Counted from the first letter of the stretch, positions 27,583 through 37,662 are shown. The stretch: 64,000 bases of DNA from Patescibacteria group bacterium (GCA_038065615.1 JBBTQQ010000007.1:12473-76472); one strand, 5' to 3'. Numbers and translations are program-made. Notes: generated from the sequence alone by a model not told the origin.

Positions 27583-28830
27583 CTATTTAATGTGCTCGTT
27601 TATATCAGCGTTTCTTTGTTTAATCTTAGCGATCCATTCCTGGTTATGCAAATACCACTCAATTGTTTTAGGGATTGCTTCTTCAAAACGATGTTCTGGG
27701 TACCAACCAAGCTCATTCATGATTTTTGTTGCATCAATTGCGTATCTTCTGTCATGTCCTGGTCTATCAGGAACAAATTTAATCGTTGACTCTGGTAAAC
27801 CAAAGTATTGGAGAATTAATTTTGCAATTTCCAAGTTGCTTTTTTCGTTGTTACCACCAATGTTGTAAACTTCGCCAGCAATTCCTTTGTGTAGCATTAA
27901 ATCAATTGCTTTGACGTGATCTAGTACAAACAACCAGTCGCGAATGTATCTTCCATCTCCATAGATTGGAAATTGTTCCCTATTTAGCGCTTTTGTTATT
28001 AAGTATGGAATTAGTTTTTCTGGGAATTGATATGGTCCGTAGTTATTTGAGCAGTGGCTGACAATTACTGGGACGCCGAAAGTATTGTAGTAAGCGCGGC
28101 AAAGCATGTCTCCTCCTGCTTTTGCAGCAGCATAAGGAACATTTGGTTCAAATGCTGTTTCTTCTGTAAACATTCTTTGTTCACCAAGTTCTAGGGAGCC
28201 ATATACTTCATCTGTTGAGATGTTAACGAATTTGAATAGGTTGTGTCTTCTTGTTGCATCTAAGAGTGTTTGCACACCAACAGTGTTGGTCATGACGAAT
28301 TCTCTTGAACCAATGTGGATGCTTCGATCAACGTGTGTTTCAGCTGCAAAGTTAACGATTGAGTCTATTTTTTCTTTAACGATTATTTCATCGATAAATT
28401 TTTGATCAACAATATCTCCTTGATAGAAAACATAGTTTGGACGATTTTCAATGTCTATCAGGTTATCAATGTTTCCTGCGTATGTTAATTTGTCTATGTT
28501 AACTATTTTGTAATGCGGGTATTTAGTAACCATGTGGCGAACAAAGTTGCTGCCAATGAATCCAGCACCACCACAAACTAAAACATTCATCTGTCTAACT
28601 TCTAAGTTCATTCCTTTTAACACAGACGCAAAAATCTCAGCAGTAAGTCCTGAGATTTTTATGGCATCATGTATTTCAATTTCTCTTTTTTTGTAAAGTT
28701 TAACAGCCAAGCGAGTGCGCTCAGATGTTGTCATCTGATTTAATATTTCTTCACTGTATGCTTCTGTTCCTGTATTGTTTCCACCATTGTTTGGATCTAA
28801 GTGTGGTGGAAATGGAGGAGTAAATTCCAT
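27583..28830 (-). CDS. rfbB: dTDP-glucose 4,6-dehydratase with ~80 aa N-terminal extension
   Basis: GGAGFIGSNF, AAETHVDRS, STDEVYG, YAAAK, DRPGHDRRY; core begins 28590; promoter TTGACA-17-TAATCT at 28887-28859 lies upstream of ATG 28830. Confidence 0.93.
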   Translation of the reverse strand: MEFTPPFPPHLDPNNGGNNTGTEAYSEEILNQMTTSERTRLAVKLYKKREIEIHDAIKISGLTAEIFASVLKGMNLEVRQMNVLVCGGAGFIGSNFVRHMVTKYPHYKIVNIDKLTYAGNIDNLIDIENRPNYVFYQGDIVDQKFIDEIIVKEKIDSIVNFAAETHVDRSIHIGSREFVMTNTVGVQTLLDATRRHNLFKFVNISTDEVYGSLELGEQRMFTEETAFEPNVPYAAAKAGGDMLCRAYYNTFGVPVIVSHCSNNYGPYQFPEKLIPYLITKALNREQFPIYGDGRYIRDWLFVLDHVKAIDLMLHKGIAGEVYNIGGNNEKSNLEIAKLILQYFGLPESTIKFVPDRPGHDRRYAIDATKIMNELGWYPEHRFEEAIPKTIEWYLHNQEWIAKIKQRNADINEHIK

Positions 28831-29029
28831 GTAAGTTGTTTTAAAAGGTTTACATCGTAGATTACCAGAATACACCTTGTTTGTCAAAGGCAGAGCCTAC
28901 TAAAGAGATAAGGAGTCACGGAGAGTAGCTTCTGCATTAGTGTCCTTTTAGATCACTGGAAATTTTTTCATAGATGTAATATAATTAGCGAGATTTAAAG
29001 ATTCGTATCTTTTCTTTTTAATTACCCGC

Positions 29030-29116
29030 GCCCGGGTGGCGAAACTGGCAGACGCACTACCTTGAGGTGGTAGCGGGAGCAATCCCATGGGAGTTCGAAT
29101 CTCCCCTCGGGCACCA
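29030..29116 (+). tRNA. tRNA-Leu(GAG)
   Basis: CTACC-TT-GAG-GT-GGTAG, long variable arm, CCA. Confidence 0.95.
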
Positions 29117-29133
29117 ATGGTTTTTAAAGCACG

Positions 29134-29211
<78 letters not shown>

Positions 29212-29216
29212 AATAT

Positions 29217-29508
29217 GCCTCGGTAGCTCAGTGGTAGAGCGCAGCCCTAAAAATCTTTGGGGCCATGAGTAGTAATATTCATTGAGAAAAATTGGGTGAA
29301 TTCGGGGAAAACCGTTTATTAAGTTAAGCGACAATCCCGAGCCAAGCCAAGAAGGGTTTAAGTTTCTTGGAAGGTGTAGAGACTAGCAAGTGAGTCCCAA
29401 CAATAATCTTGCACTAGCGCCCAACTCCTCTTTTAGAGGATGATGAGATAGTCCAAATAGCCTTGGAAGAGGCTGGCGTCGTCAGTTCGATTCTGACCCG
29501 AGGCACCA
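29217..29508 (+). tRNA. tRNA-Phe(GAA), split by intron (exons 29217-29248 and 29466-29508)
   Basis: Joined exons give GCCTCGG...CAGCC-CT^GAA-GA-GGCTG...CCGAGGC-ACCA. Confidence 0.92.
29249..29465 (+). ncRNA. Group I intron (217 nt, ORF-less)
   Basis: P1 GCCCU/GGGGC with U.G at the splice site, P AATTCGGGGAA, Q AATCCCGAG, R GAGACTA, S GATAGTCC, terminal G. Confidence 0.92.
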
Positions 29509-29557
29509 TAAATAACTTGTTCTTTTAAAACTGAACGGTCCGTGCTATGCTTATAGC

Positions 29558-30253
29558 ATGAGAAAAGAAAAAGAGAAGGCTTTTAAATTGCGATTGGCTG
29601 GTAACAGCTACGCAGAAATAACGAAAAAGTTAAATGTGCCAAAAAGTACACTATCTTTTTGGTTCTCTGAAATGCCATTGTCTGAAAAAGCCAGGAAGCG
29701 AATAAGTTTAAGAGTGCAAGCAGGTTCTTTTAAGGGTTTGCTGAAAAGAAACCAATTACAAACACATTTAGCGAGACAGAGGGCAAAGGAAACAAGATCA
29801 GTTTCAAAATTGGATGTTGGAACATTAAGTAAACGAGAGCTTTTTATCTTGGGGGTGGGTTTGTATTGGGCCGAGGGCTACAAACGTCAAATATACAAAG
29901 ATGGTAAGGCAAAAACCTACCACCCTGTAAGTTTAAGTAATTCTGATCCAAACCTTGTTAAAATCTTTTTAAGATTTTTGCGAGAAGTATGTGGTGCATC
30001 TTCAGAGAAGATAACAGCACATTTAAGGATATATGAACATCAGAATGAGAAGGAGCTCTTAAAATTCTGGAGCCAGGTGACTAAAATTGCGCCAAGCAGG
30101 TTTTCTAAATTTTATTATGGCGTTAGCAAATCAAGTCAACACAAAAGACCTTTTAATATCTTGCCGTACGGAACAATTCAGATTAGAATAAATGATACTA
30201 AACTTTACCATCAAATTATGGGATGGATTGAAGGTTTAGAAGAGCAAAAATAA
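29558..30253 (+). CDS. HTH plus LAGLIDADG-like protein between tRNA genes
   Basis: N-terminal SYAEITKKLNVPKSTLSFW HTH; GVGLYWAEG...SNSDPNLVKIFLRFL single LAGLIDADG-like motif. Confidence 0.75.
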   Translation: MRKEKEKAFKLRLAGNSYAEITKKLNVPKSTLSFWFSEMPLSEKARKRISLRVQAGSFKGLLKRNQLQTHLARQRAKETRSVSKLDVGTLSKRELFILGVGLYWAEGYKRQIYKDGKAKTYHPVSLSNSDPNLVKIFLRFLREVCGASSEKITAHLRIYEHQNEKELLKFWSQVTKIAPSRFSKFYYGVSKSSQHKRPFNILPYGTIQIRINDTKLYHQIMGWIEGLEEQK

Positions 30254-30258
30254 TTTAA

Positions 30259-30332
30259 GCGGCTATGGTTCAATGGTAGAACTCTTCCTTGCCAAGGAAG
30301 TGACACGGGTTCGATTCCCGTTAGCCGCTCCA
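30259..30332 (+). tRNA. tRNA-Gly(GCC)
   Basis: CTTCC-TT-GCC-AA-GGAAG, U73, CCA. Confidence 0.95.
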
Positions 30333-30366
30333 AAAAAGAACCCCACTTTTTAGTGGGGTTCTTTTT
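30333..30366. terminator. Bidirectional terminator
   Basis: AAAAAGAACCCCACT...AGTGGGGTTCTTTTT. Confidence 0.85.
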
Positions 30367-31330
30367 ATTTCTCGTCTATTCTCCAGCTTCCGTCTTGTTG
30401 TTTTATTATCTTTCCTGGTATTTCAAAACCTGATGCTAGTTTGTGTCCCCCGCCTCCGAAAAGATTTGCAAGGAAAGAAACATCCATGTTTTTGTTTTCT
30501 TCGCTTCTTAAGCTTCCTTTTACTTGGTTGTCGTCTTGTCTAAGGAAGAGCGCGAATTTAATTCCCGGTATTTTGTTTAGTGTTTCAACGAATCCTTCAA
30601 AAGTATCATTTGATACTTCTCCAAGTTGATCTAAGTCTTCTTGTGTTACAACGCTTATCGCAACCTTGTCATCATTTAGTAGTCTTGTGTTTTCAATTGC
30701 TTTAGCCCAGGCTTTTAGAGAGTTTAAGTCTTTGCTTTGATATGTTGATTCATATATTTTGTCGATTCTTGCTCCATATTTCATTAACTCACCAGCAGCA
30801 ATCAAGGTTGAAGGCTGAGTGTTTGAATGCATGAAAGAACCTGTGTCTGTAAACATTCCGGTTAAAAGACATTTTGCAATATCACTGTTGAATTTGATGT
30901 CTAGGTATTTGAAAAAGTCATAAACTAATTCTGCGACTGAAGATTTTTGCGCGTCTACTAAATTAACTGTTCCATACATTTGATTGTCTGGGTGGTGATC
31001 AATGTTTAGTATTGGTAGGGTTGAGTTAATTATGGCATCGAAGCCAGCTCTTGTTTTTTTACCACATCCGAAAAGGATTATTCCGTCATAGAATTCGTTT
31101 GTTACTGGATTTGGGAGTTCTGAAAGGATTAAGTTTTGTCTTGGAAGAAATTGAAGTCCTGAAGGAACTCCGCCATCTGCAACTAGTGTTGCTTGTTTGT
31201 TCATTGATTCTAAGACAACAGACATTGCAAGCATTGAACCTCCGTCATCTCCGTCTGTTCTTGCGTGAGATGCCATTAGGAAACGATTTTTGTCTGTTAT
31301 GAATTTTTTTGCTTGTTCAAAGTTATTCAT
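30365..31330 (-). CDS. DHH/DHHA1 phosphoesterase (NrnA-like)
   Basis: HARTDGD, IDHH, TDTGSF, GGGGH; start ATG 31330. Confidence 0.92.
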   Translation of the reverse strand: MNNFEQAKKFITDKNRFLMASHARTDGDDGGSMLAMSVVLESMNKQATLVADGGVPSGLQFLPRQNLILSELPNPVTNEFYDGIILFGCGKKTRAGFDAIINSTLPILNIDHHPDNQMYGTVNLVDAQKSSVAELVYDFFKYLDIKFNSDIAKCLLTGMFTDTGSFMHSNTQPSTLIAAGELMKYGARIDKIYESTYQSKDLNSLKAWAKAIENTRLLNDDKVAISVVTQEDLDQLGEVSNDTFEGFVETLNKIPGIKFALFLRQDDNQVKGSLRSEENKNMDVSFLANLFGGGGHKLASGFEIPGKIIKQQDGSWRIDEK

Positions 31331-31694
31331 TGGTTTCTTCTCTTTCTTTTTCAATCTCGTGGAAGATGTTGCTGATGTGTTCTGCATATCTTGCGCTTGT
31401 GTCTAGATGAAATGATATTCTAGGGACAATCTTAGTTTCAACGTGTCTGTTTAGTTCACCTTGTATATCGTAAAGATTTTTCTTTAGTAGTTCTAATATA
31501 TGTTTATCGTTTCCATTTATTATTGTGATCCATATTTTTGCCCAGCGCATATCTCTGGAAGTCTGAACTTTTGATATTGTGACTATGCTTTTGCTGTTTT
31601 TAAAGTAAGGTAAAAGTATTACTCCTAATAATCTTTGGATTAAGGAGTTTATCTTTTCTATACGGTTAGTCTTTTTTTTGGGTGGGAATTGCAT
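31323..31694 (-). CDS. rbfA: Ribosome-binding factor A
   Basis: VTISKVQTSRDMRWAKIW, VPRISFHLD; follows infB. Confidence 0.9.
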   Translation of the reverse strand: MQFPPKKKTNRIEKINSLIQRLLGVILLPYFKNSKSIVTISKVQTSRDMRWAKIWITIINGNDKHILELLKKNLYDIQGELNRHVETKIVPRISFHLDTSARYAEHISNIFHEIEKEREETNE

Positions 31695-31722
31695 GGGTTT
31701 TTAAAAGTCCTGCAAGCAGGAC

Positions 31723-33663
31723 TTATTTATTAGAAATGAATTCTTTTGCTTTGAGTTTTTCTTCGAAGGACTCAATGACATCTCCTTCAACGATCTTTGT
31801 TCCGGAGAGTTTAACCTTCATCCCGAATTCATCCCCGCTATTTACTTCTTTCGCGGCTGTTTTGCTCTGTTGTAACTCAAGGATTTCACCACGTCCTGCT
31901 TCTTCCCCGTTTCTTATGACTGCGATTTCTCCTGATTTTTTAAGCATGCCTTGTTCAACACGGCCTCCAACTATCATAGTGTTTTTTTCTGTCATGAAGA
32001 CTTTGAGAATCTTTGCTTTTCCAAATGTTGTTTTTATTAATTCAGGAGAAAGCATTTTAACAACAGCAGTTGTTACGTTTTCAATTAATTCATAGATGAT
32101 ATCGTACATATCAATGGTTACTTTTTGTTGTTTTGCAAGACCAAGCGCTTTGCTGTTTGCTTTGGTGTTAAAACCAATGATTGTTGCTTTTGATGTTGAT
32201 GCTAATGTAACGTCGTTTTCGTTTATTTCCCCAGCTCCTTCTGCAATGACGTTTAGTGTTACTTCGTCGTTTTTAAGTTTGTCTAACGATTGTTTGATTG
32301 CTTCTAAAGAACCCAAGACATCTGTTTTTATAATTAGGTTTAAGGTTTTGCTTCCTGCTTCCACTTTTATTCTCTGGTTTTGAGTTATTCTTCTAACTCT
32401 TTCTTTTCTTTGAATTTGGTAAGCAATTTGTTTTGCTTCTTCTAGTGTTTCTCTTGTTGAAAGAATGTCTCCGGTTTGAGGAACATCTGAAAGCCCTGAA
32501 ATCTGAACAGGAGTTGAAGGTAATACTTCTTTGATCTTTTTGCCGTGCTCGTCTTCTAATGCCCTTACTCTTCCGAAAGTTCCACCAATTGTGACAATGT
32601 CCCCTATCTTTAGTTGTCCGTTTTGAATGATGACTGTTGCAACAGGTCCTTTTCCTTGTGAAAGGTGTGATTCAATAACTGTGCCCAGGGTTTTTCCATT
32701 TGGGTTTGCTCTGAAGTTTTCAACTTCAGCGGTTAGCAAAACCATTTCTAAGAGTTCATCAATTCCTTGGCCTGTTTTTGCAGAGATTGGTACTGCGATT
32801 GTTTTACCACCCCAGTCTTCAGTTAAAACACCGTGCTCAGCTAGCTCTTGTTTAGCTCGCATTATGTTTGCCCCCTCTTTATCAATCTTGTTGATAGCAA
32901 CAATTAAAGGAGTGTTTGTGAATTTTGCTCTGTTTATGACTTCAATGGTTTGAGGTTTAACTCCGTCATCAGCCGCTATTACTAAGATGATGATATCTGT
33001 AACGTTTGCTCCTCTAGCACGCATTTCTGAGAAGGCTTCGTGTCCTGGAGTATCTAGTATTGTTATTGGTTTGTTGTTTTTTTTAACTTGATACGCACCA
33101 ATATGCTGTGTGATTGCTCCTGCCTCTCCTGCGACAACGTCAGTTTTTCTTATGTAGTCAATTAAAGAAGTTTTACCATGGTCAACGTGTCCCATGATTG
33201 CAATGATTGGTGCTCTTGGTTTTAATGACGCTTCGTCTTCTTTTTTTAGCATGTCAGCAAGAGAACTTGCTCCTAGGTCAGCATCAGTTTGAGTTTTTTC
33301 TTCTTCAGGATTGAATCCAAGTTCTTCTGCAACGATTGCTGCTGTGTCGTAATCTATCTCTTCATTGATGTTTGCCATGACTCCGTTTTTTAGTAGGGCT
33401 TTTATTACTTCTTGAACAGACAAACCCAAAAGATCAACGTAGTCTTTTACTTTGATGAATGTCGGTAGTTTTATATCTTTCCTTACTTTGGGAGTTGTAT
33501 CAACTATTTTCTGTTTTGGAAGTAGTGCATCTAAGATTTGTCGAGCTAAGTAGTTGTCTATTTTTCTTGCTCTTGGAGACAATCTAATACCTGCTTCGGC
33601 AACTTTTTGGCGAAGCTCTTTTTCTTTCAGATTTAGTTGTTGTGAGATTGAACTTAAATCCAT
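31723..33663 (-). CDS. infB: Translation initiation factor IF-2
   Basis: GHVDHGKT, DTPGHEAF, NKID. Confidence 0.98.
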   Translation of the reverse strand: MDLSSISQQLNLKEKELRQKVAEAGIRLSPRARKIDNYLARQILDALLPKQKIVDTTPKVRKDIKLPTFIKVKDYVDLLGLSVQEVIKALLKNGVMANINEEIDYDTAAIVAEELGFNPEEEKTQTDADLGASSLADMLKKEDEASLKPRAPIIAIMGHVDHGKTSLIDYIRKTDVVAGEAGAITQHIGAYQVKKNNKPITILDTPGHEAFSEMRARGANVTDIIILVIAADDGVKPQTIEVINRAKFTNTPLIVAINKIDKEGANIMRAKQELAEHGVLTEDWGGKTIAVPISAKTGQGIDELLEMVLLTAEVENFRANPNGKTLGTVIESHLSQGKGPVATVIIQNGQLKIGDIVTIGGTFGRVRALEDEHGKKIKEVLPSTPVQISGLSDVPQTGDILSTRETLEEAKQIAYQIQRKERVRRITQNQRIKVEAGSKTLNLIIKTDVLGSLEAIKQSLDKLKNDEVTLNVIAEGAGEINENDVTLASTSKATIIGFNTKANSKALGLAKQQKVTIDMYDIIYELIENVTTAVVKMLSPELIKTTFGKAKILKVFMTEKNTMIVGGRVEQGMLKKSGEIAVIRNGEEAGRGEILELQQSKTAAKEVNSGDEFGMKVKLSGTKIVEGDVIESFEEKLKAKEFISNK

Positions 33664-33795
33664 AACTTGTGTAGTATACGGATTTTCTGAGGAAAAATCA
33701 AGTTCGCGATATTTAAGATGCTCTTTTGAAGGAGGATGAAAACTTTGGTATGTTCAGAAATTTTGCTCAAAAACAAAAGACGACATTTTTGTATA

Positions 33796-34641
33796 TTAAA
33801 ACGTTCTGTTTTTGCCAACAATCATTCTTAGTTTTTGTGCAGTAATTGTAACTCCAGATGGAATTCTTGCGACTTCATTTCCGTCCACCGTTATTTTGTA
33901 TCCTTTTGGTTCTAAGAATTCAATCTGTTGGCAGCGGATTGCGGTTGCTCCTGGAATTTTTTCGTAGCACCCGCTTTCTATTTCTTGTTTGTATCTTGCT
34001 GCTGTGAATCTTGATAGTTTTTCTATCATCACAATATCTAAATTACCATCTTGTGGGTTTCCTATTGGACCACCAGCGCACATTTCTGTTCCCCTTGTGT
34101 TTATAATCAGAGCCCCCATTATCTTTGAGCTTATGTTGTATGAATCATCTATGCGCATTTTTAAGTCTATAGTGCTTCCCGCGAATAGTCTCATTGAAGC
34201 CATGAATCCCATTGGTTTGTTTGTTTGTTCCCCTACTCCTAATTCGAGATAGCTTAGGAAGTAACTGTCATTAATTTTTGCTAGATCTAGTTTTTCTATA
34301 CGTCTGCTGGCAATTGTTTTAACGCAGGTATGAAGATCTGTCATTCCTAGAATTCTTCCTAGTTGTGTATCTTTTGAAAAAGGAATGAAACCCAAAGTAA
34401 AATCACGATCCTTGGTTGCGACAAGCATCTGGCTAAATGTTTCATCTGTTCCGCAAGCAACAAGAGTCTTTACTCCTCGACTTGCTGCAGTATCAACTAA
34501 ATCTTGCATTAAACGTAGTGGAGTGATTCTCGCCATTTCACCACTGACATTGAATTCTGTTAGTAAGCTTTGTAGTTCAGCTTGTTGACGTTCAAAGTTT
34601 TTTTGCGGAATGTTATGTGGATCAAGAATGTAATAGTACAT
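33796..34641 (-). CDS. Diacylglycerol kinase family protein (divergent)
   Basis: LVACGTDET (GGDGT-like), LGFIP, LDLAKIN, DGNLD, VDG. Confidence 0.75.
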   Translation of the reverse strand: MYYYILDPHNIPQKNFERQQAELQSLLTEFNVSGEMARITPLRLMQDLVDTAASRGVKTLVACGTDETFSQMLVATKDRDFTLGFIPFSKDTQLGRILGMTDLHTCVKTIASRRIEKLDLAKINDSYFLSYLELGVGEQTNKPMGFMASMRLFAGSTIDLKMRIDDSYNISSKIMGALIINTRGTEMCAGGPIGNPQDGNLDIVMIEKLSRFTAARYKQEIESGCYEKIPGATAIRCQQIEFLEPKGYKITVDGNEVARIPSGVTITAQKLRMIVGKNRTF

Positions 34642-34656
34642 CTAGTTAACAGTCCG

Positions 34657-35046
34657 TTATTTTTTCTTTGTTGCGTTCTCCTCGATTGGTTCAATGATGC
34701 CGCCGTTAGCGTCTTTCATTGTGCATTTACCTGCAAAGTAAGCGCCTTCTTCTACTTGTAGTGTTCCGCAGGACATATCTCCTACTAAACGACCGGTTTT
34801 ACCTAATACCAAAGCTCCTGAAACCTTAACGTTTCCTTGGACAACCCCTGATATTATTGCGTTTTCTGCTTCTACATCAGCAGAGATTTTTGCACTTTCT
34901 CCGACAAAAAGGTTTTGGGAAGTTTTTACTTTTCCAGTAACAGTTCCGTCGATTCTTAGGTTGCCCTGGCTTTTTAAGTCTCCATCAATCTTCACTGATG
35001 GTCCGACTATGCTCTCTCCGTTTTGTAATCCTTCTTTTTTATCCAT
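34657..35046 (-). CDS. Bactofilin (polymer-forming cytoskeletal protein)
   Basis: SIVGPSVKIDGDL...LRIDGTVTG...GAYFAGKCTM beta-helix repeats. Confidence 0.92.
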   Translation of the reverse strand: MDKKEGLQNGESIVGPSVKIDGDLKSQGNLRIDGTVTGKVKTSQNLFVGESAKISADVEAENAIISGVVQGNVKVSGALVLGKTGRLVGDMSCGTLQVEEGAYFAGKCTMKDANGGIIEPIEENATKKK

Positions 35047-35053
35047 ATGTTTT

Positions 35054-35521
35054 CTAGTTAATTATTTTGGATTCTTTTATTGCTTGTTCTTCTTCTTTTG
35101 TGAGCGTAAACTCACTTTTGCTTTTTATTATTGGTTTTGCGTAAATTCTGTTTGCTTCTCTGCCGTGCATTGAGGTTATCACAACTCCATTGTTGTGATC
35201 ATCAAGCAGTGCCATTGAAAAGCTTAGGTTGCCTCCGTCATCAGCAAAAGGGTTGTACCTTACCATTCCAATTTTTTGGATTGAGTATTTTTGCTGTTTA
35301 CGTAAGTCAGCAATTGCTTCCTCTAGTATGTCACTTTGTTTTGTCAGCTCATTTATTTTCTTACTCTGAGCAATTATGAACTGCTCAAGGTTCGAAGCTT
35401 CTTTGCCTGTAAAAAAAGCTTTTGCAGTTTTTCTGAAACGCAAAAGCATAACAATAGCAAATATTGCTGCGATTAAACTTCCCCCAGCGACAATGAGGCT
35501 TACTAGCTCCAAATTATTCAT
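35054..35521 (-). CDS. DUF4446-like membrane-anchored protein
   Basis: GMVRYNPFADDGGNLSFSMALLD...YAKPI...LTKEE. Confidence 0.8.
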   Translation of the reverse strand: MNNLELVSLIVAGGSLIAAIFAIVMLLRFRKTAKAFFTGKEASNLEQFIIAQSKKINELTKQSDILEEAIADLRKQQKYSIQKIGMVRYNPFADDGGNLSFSMALLDDHNNGVVITSMHGREANRIYAKPIIKSKSEFTLTKEEEQAIKESKIIN

Positions 35522-35584
35522 AGGCAAAGTCATAATACAATGAATATGCTCTTGCCGCAAACCCAGTCCCCCGTGCTATACTTT

Positions 35585-35743
35585 ATGCATATGCAAGAAC
35601 AAGAATACGAATTAATAAAAAAAGATTTGTACAAAGTGTTGATTTTGAATGCTTTGTATTTAGGCGCTATTTTGGTTCTGTATTTTACAGACCAAAAAAC
35701 TCATTATCTGCAAAACTGGTTTGCTAAAATTTTGCACTTCTAG
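35585..35743 (+). CDS. Small membrane protein
   Basis: EYELIKKDL plus one TM; TATACT just upstream. Confidence 0.6.
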   Translation: MHMQEQEYELIKKDLYKVLILNALYLGAILVLYFTDQKTHYLQNWFAKILHF

Positions 35744-35748
35744 TTTTT

Positions 35749-37011
35749 ATGGGAGTTGTAAAAGAAATTAAATGCCAGGATTGCGGGCCAGTACCAATTC
35801 ATCATGGTCTTTCTAAGGCCATTTTGATTATTGACTGGTTTTCAACACCATTTAACAAGTTTTCAATTGGATTAACTCGTTTAATCTCAAAGGTTTTTAA
35901 TGGTTTTGGGATTGATGATATTGGGTATATTTTTTGGTTGTTAAGTAAAGTTGGCTTAGCAAAGGTTAAGTATGAGCCGGATGATTTGAATTCTGACCGG
36001 GCAAAGTGTATTTGGGAGGCTGCAAACAAAAGAGGTATTAAGGTTAAAGAAATACGGGCTTTTGGAAGAACTTTAGAACTTTTTGTTGCTGAATATGATG
36101 GTAAAAAGCTTCTCTTTGAAGCATTGCCAAGGTCAAAGGGTCCTCGTTCTAAAGGGTATTATTGGATGGACAACAAGGCAAAAATGAGAACTGAGTTTAT
36201 GAAAGCTGGGATTCCGGTTGCTTTTGGAGATGTTGCTTTTACATTTAAAGGAGCAAAAAAAGTTTTAGATCGCGTTAAGTCTTTGCATGACGAAGCGCTT
36301 GTTTCAGGAAAACCATCTGGCAGTGGTTTTGTTATTACTAAGCCACATATTGGTTCTAGAAGCAGACATACAAATATTCACTTATTAACTGATCAGGAAT
36401 TAATGAGAGGATTTAAGATTGCAAAAAAACTCTCCCCTTTTGTTATTGTAGAGCAAGAGTTAAGTGGTATGGTTCATCGAGCGGCTGTTTTAGGAGGAAA
36501 GCTGGTTGCTGTTTTGCGTCGTGAACCACCGTATGTAATTGGAGATGGAGTTAGAAATGTTAAAGAGTTGATTGAGGAAGAAAACAGGAATCCAAAAAGA
36601 CAAGGTCCATATTTCCATCAAATTCCAATTGACGAACAAACAGAAGCAGAGCTTGCTCGTTTAGGTTTGTCTTATACAACCATTCCTGCTTCAGGAGATA
36701 TGGTCATTGTTAGAAACAATATTGGTAGAAGTTCAGGTGGGTCTAATTCTGATGTTACTGATTTAGTGCATCCTGACAACAAAGTTTTGTTTGAAAAGGT
36801 TGCTGTAGTAATTGGAGACTCCATCATTGGTATTGATTTTATAATCGAAGACATATCAAAGTCATGGAAAGAACAATATCCTTGCGGAGTTATTGAGTGT
36901 AACAGCGTGCCGTTTTTAGATTTGCATCACTTCCCTCTTCGAGGAAATGTTGTTGATACGTCTGGTGCTTTGTGGGATATTGTTTGGCCAGAAGCTAAAG
37001 TAGTTCTTTAG
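35749..37011 (+). CDS. ATP-grasp protein resembling the cyanophycin synthetase / GshAB ATP-grasp domain
   Basis: DNKAKMR, GIPVA, VITKP, REPPYVIGDG, GIDFI, IECNSVP. Confidence 0.75.
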   Translation: MGVVKEIKCQDCGPVPIHHGLSKAILIIDWFSTPFNKFSIGLTRLISKVFNGFGIDDIGYIFWLLSKVGLAKVKYEPDDLNSDRAKCIWEAANKRGIKVKEIRAFGRTLELFVAEYDGKKLLFEALPRSKGPRSKGYYWMDNKAKMRTEFMKAGIPVAFGDVAFTFKGAKKVLDRVKSLHDEALVSGKPSGSGFVITKPHIGSRSRHTNIHLLTDQELMRGFKIAKKLSPFVIVEQELSGMVHRAAVLGGKLVAVLRREPPYVIGDGVRNVKELIEEENRNPKRQGPYFHQIPIDEQTEAELARLGLSYTTIPASGDMVIVRNNIGRSSGGSNSDVTDLVHPDNKVLFEKVAVVIGDSIIGIDFIIEDISKSWKEQYPCGVIECNSVPFLDLHHFPLRGNVVDTSGALWDIVWPEAKVVL

Positions 37012-37583
37012 TTGTTGAAACTTTTTTCAAAGGTTTCAGGATCAATGTATAGTTTTGTTTTTATGCCCAGGTTTACAGCAACTTGGGTGTTTTCAATTTC
37101 ATCGTCCCAGAATTCAATGTTTTCTGGTTCTATGTTTAACTTTTTTATTATTTCTTCAAAGAATTCTTGCTCTGCTTTTACATATCCAAGATCACAAGAG
37201 AAAAACATTCCATCGAAATGACCTTGTAATACGTCTGTGATGTATTTTGCTCTGTATTTTTCTTGATCAGCGGTCAGATAGCATTTGAAGCCCTTTTTGC
37301 GTAAATGATCAATGATATCAAGGATTTTTGTGTTTTTAATTACATCTGATGTAAACCAAAGGTTGAGGAAATCTTCGACAGTCCCATCCCATTTCCATTT
37401 CGGTAAGTATGGTTTTAATTGTTCTTTGAGATCAGCTTTCCCTGTTCGGCAGATTCTAAAATCATTGATGAAGAATTCTGTAATATTTTTTAAAGGCACT
37501 CCGTATTTTTCAGAGTACATTTCACTGAAGTATTTTGGTCTTGTTATTACAAGACCGTCTGCGTCAATTAAAAGTGTTTTCAT
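37008..37583 (-). CDS. HAD-superfamily hydrolase
   Basis: LIDADGL motif I, FFSCDLGYVK, FWDD. Confidence 0.88.
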   Translation of the reverse strand: MKTLLIDADGLVITRPKYFSEMYSEKYGVPLKNITEFFINDFRICRTGKADLKEQLKPYLPKWKWDGTVEDFLNLWFTSDVIKNTKILDIIDHLRKKGFKCYLTADQEKYRAKYITDVLQGHFDGMFFSCDLGYVKAEQEFFEEIIKKLNIEPENIEFWDDEIENTQVAVNLGIKTKLYIDPETFEKSFNN

Positions 37584-37588
37584 ATATT

Positions 37589-37662
37589 TGGTGGACCTAG
37601 GCGGAATTGAACCGCCGTCTGAGCAATGCGAATGCCCTGTTCTACCACTGAACCATAGGCCC
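37589..37662 (-). tRNA. tRNA-Ala(CGC)
   Basis: GGGCA-TT-CGC-AT-TGCTC, G3.U70, CCA. Confidence 0.92.
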
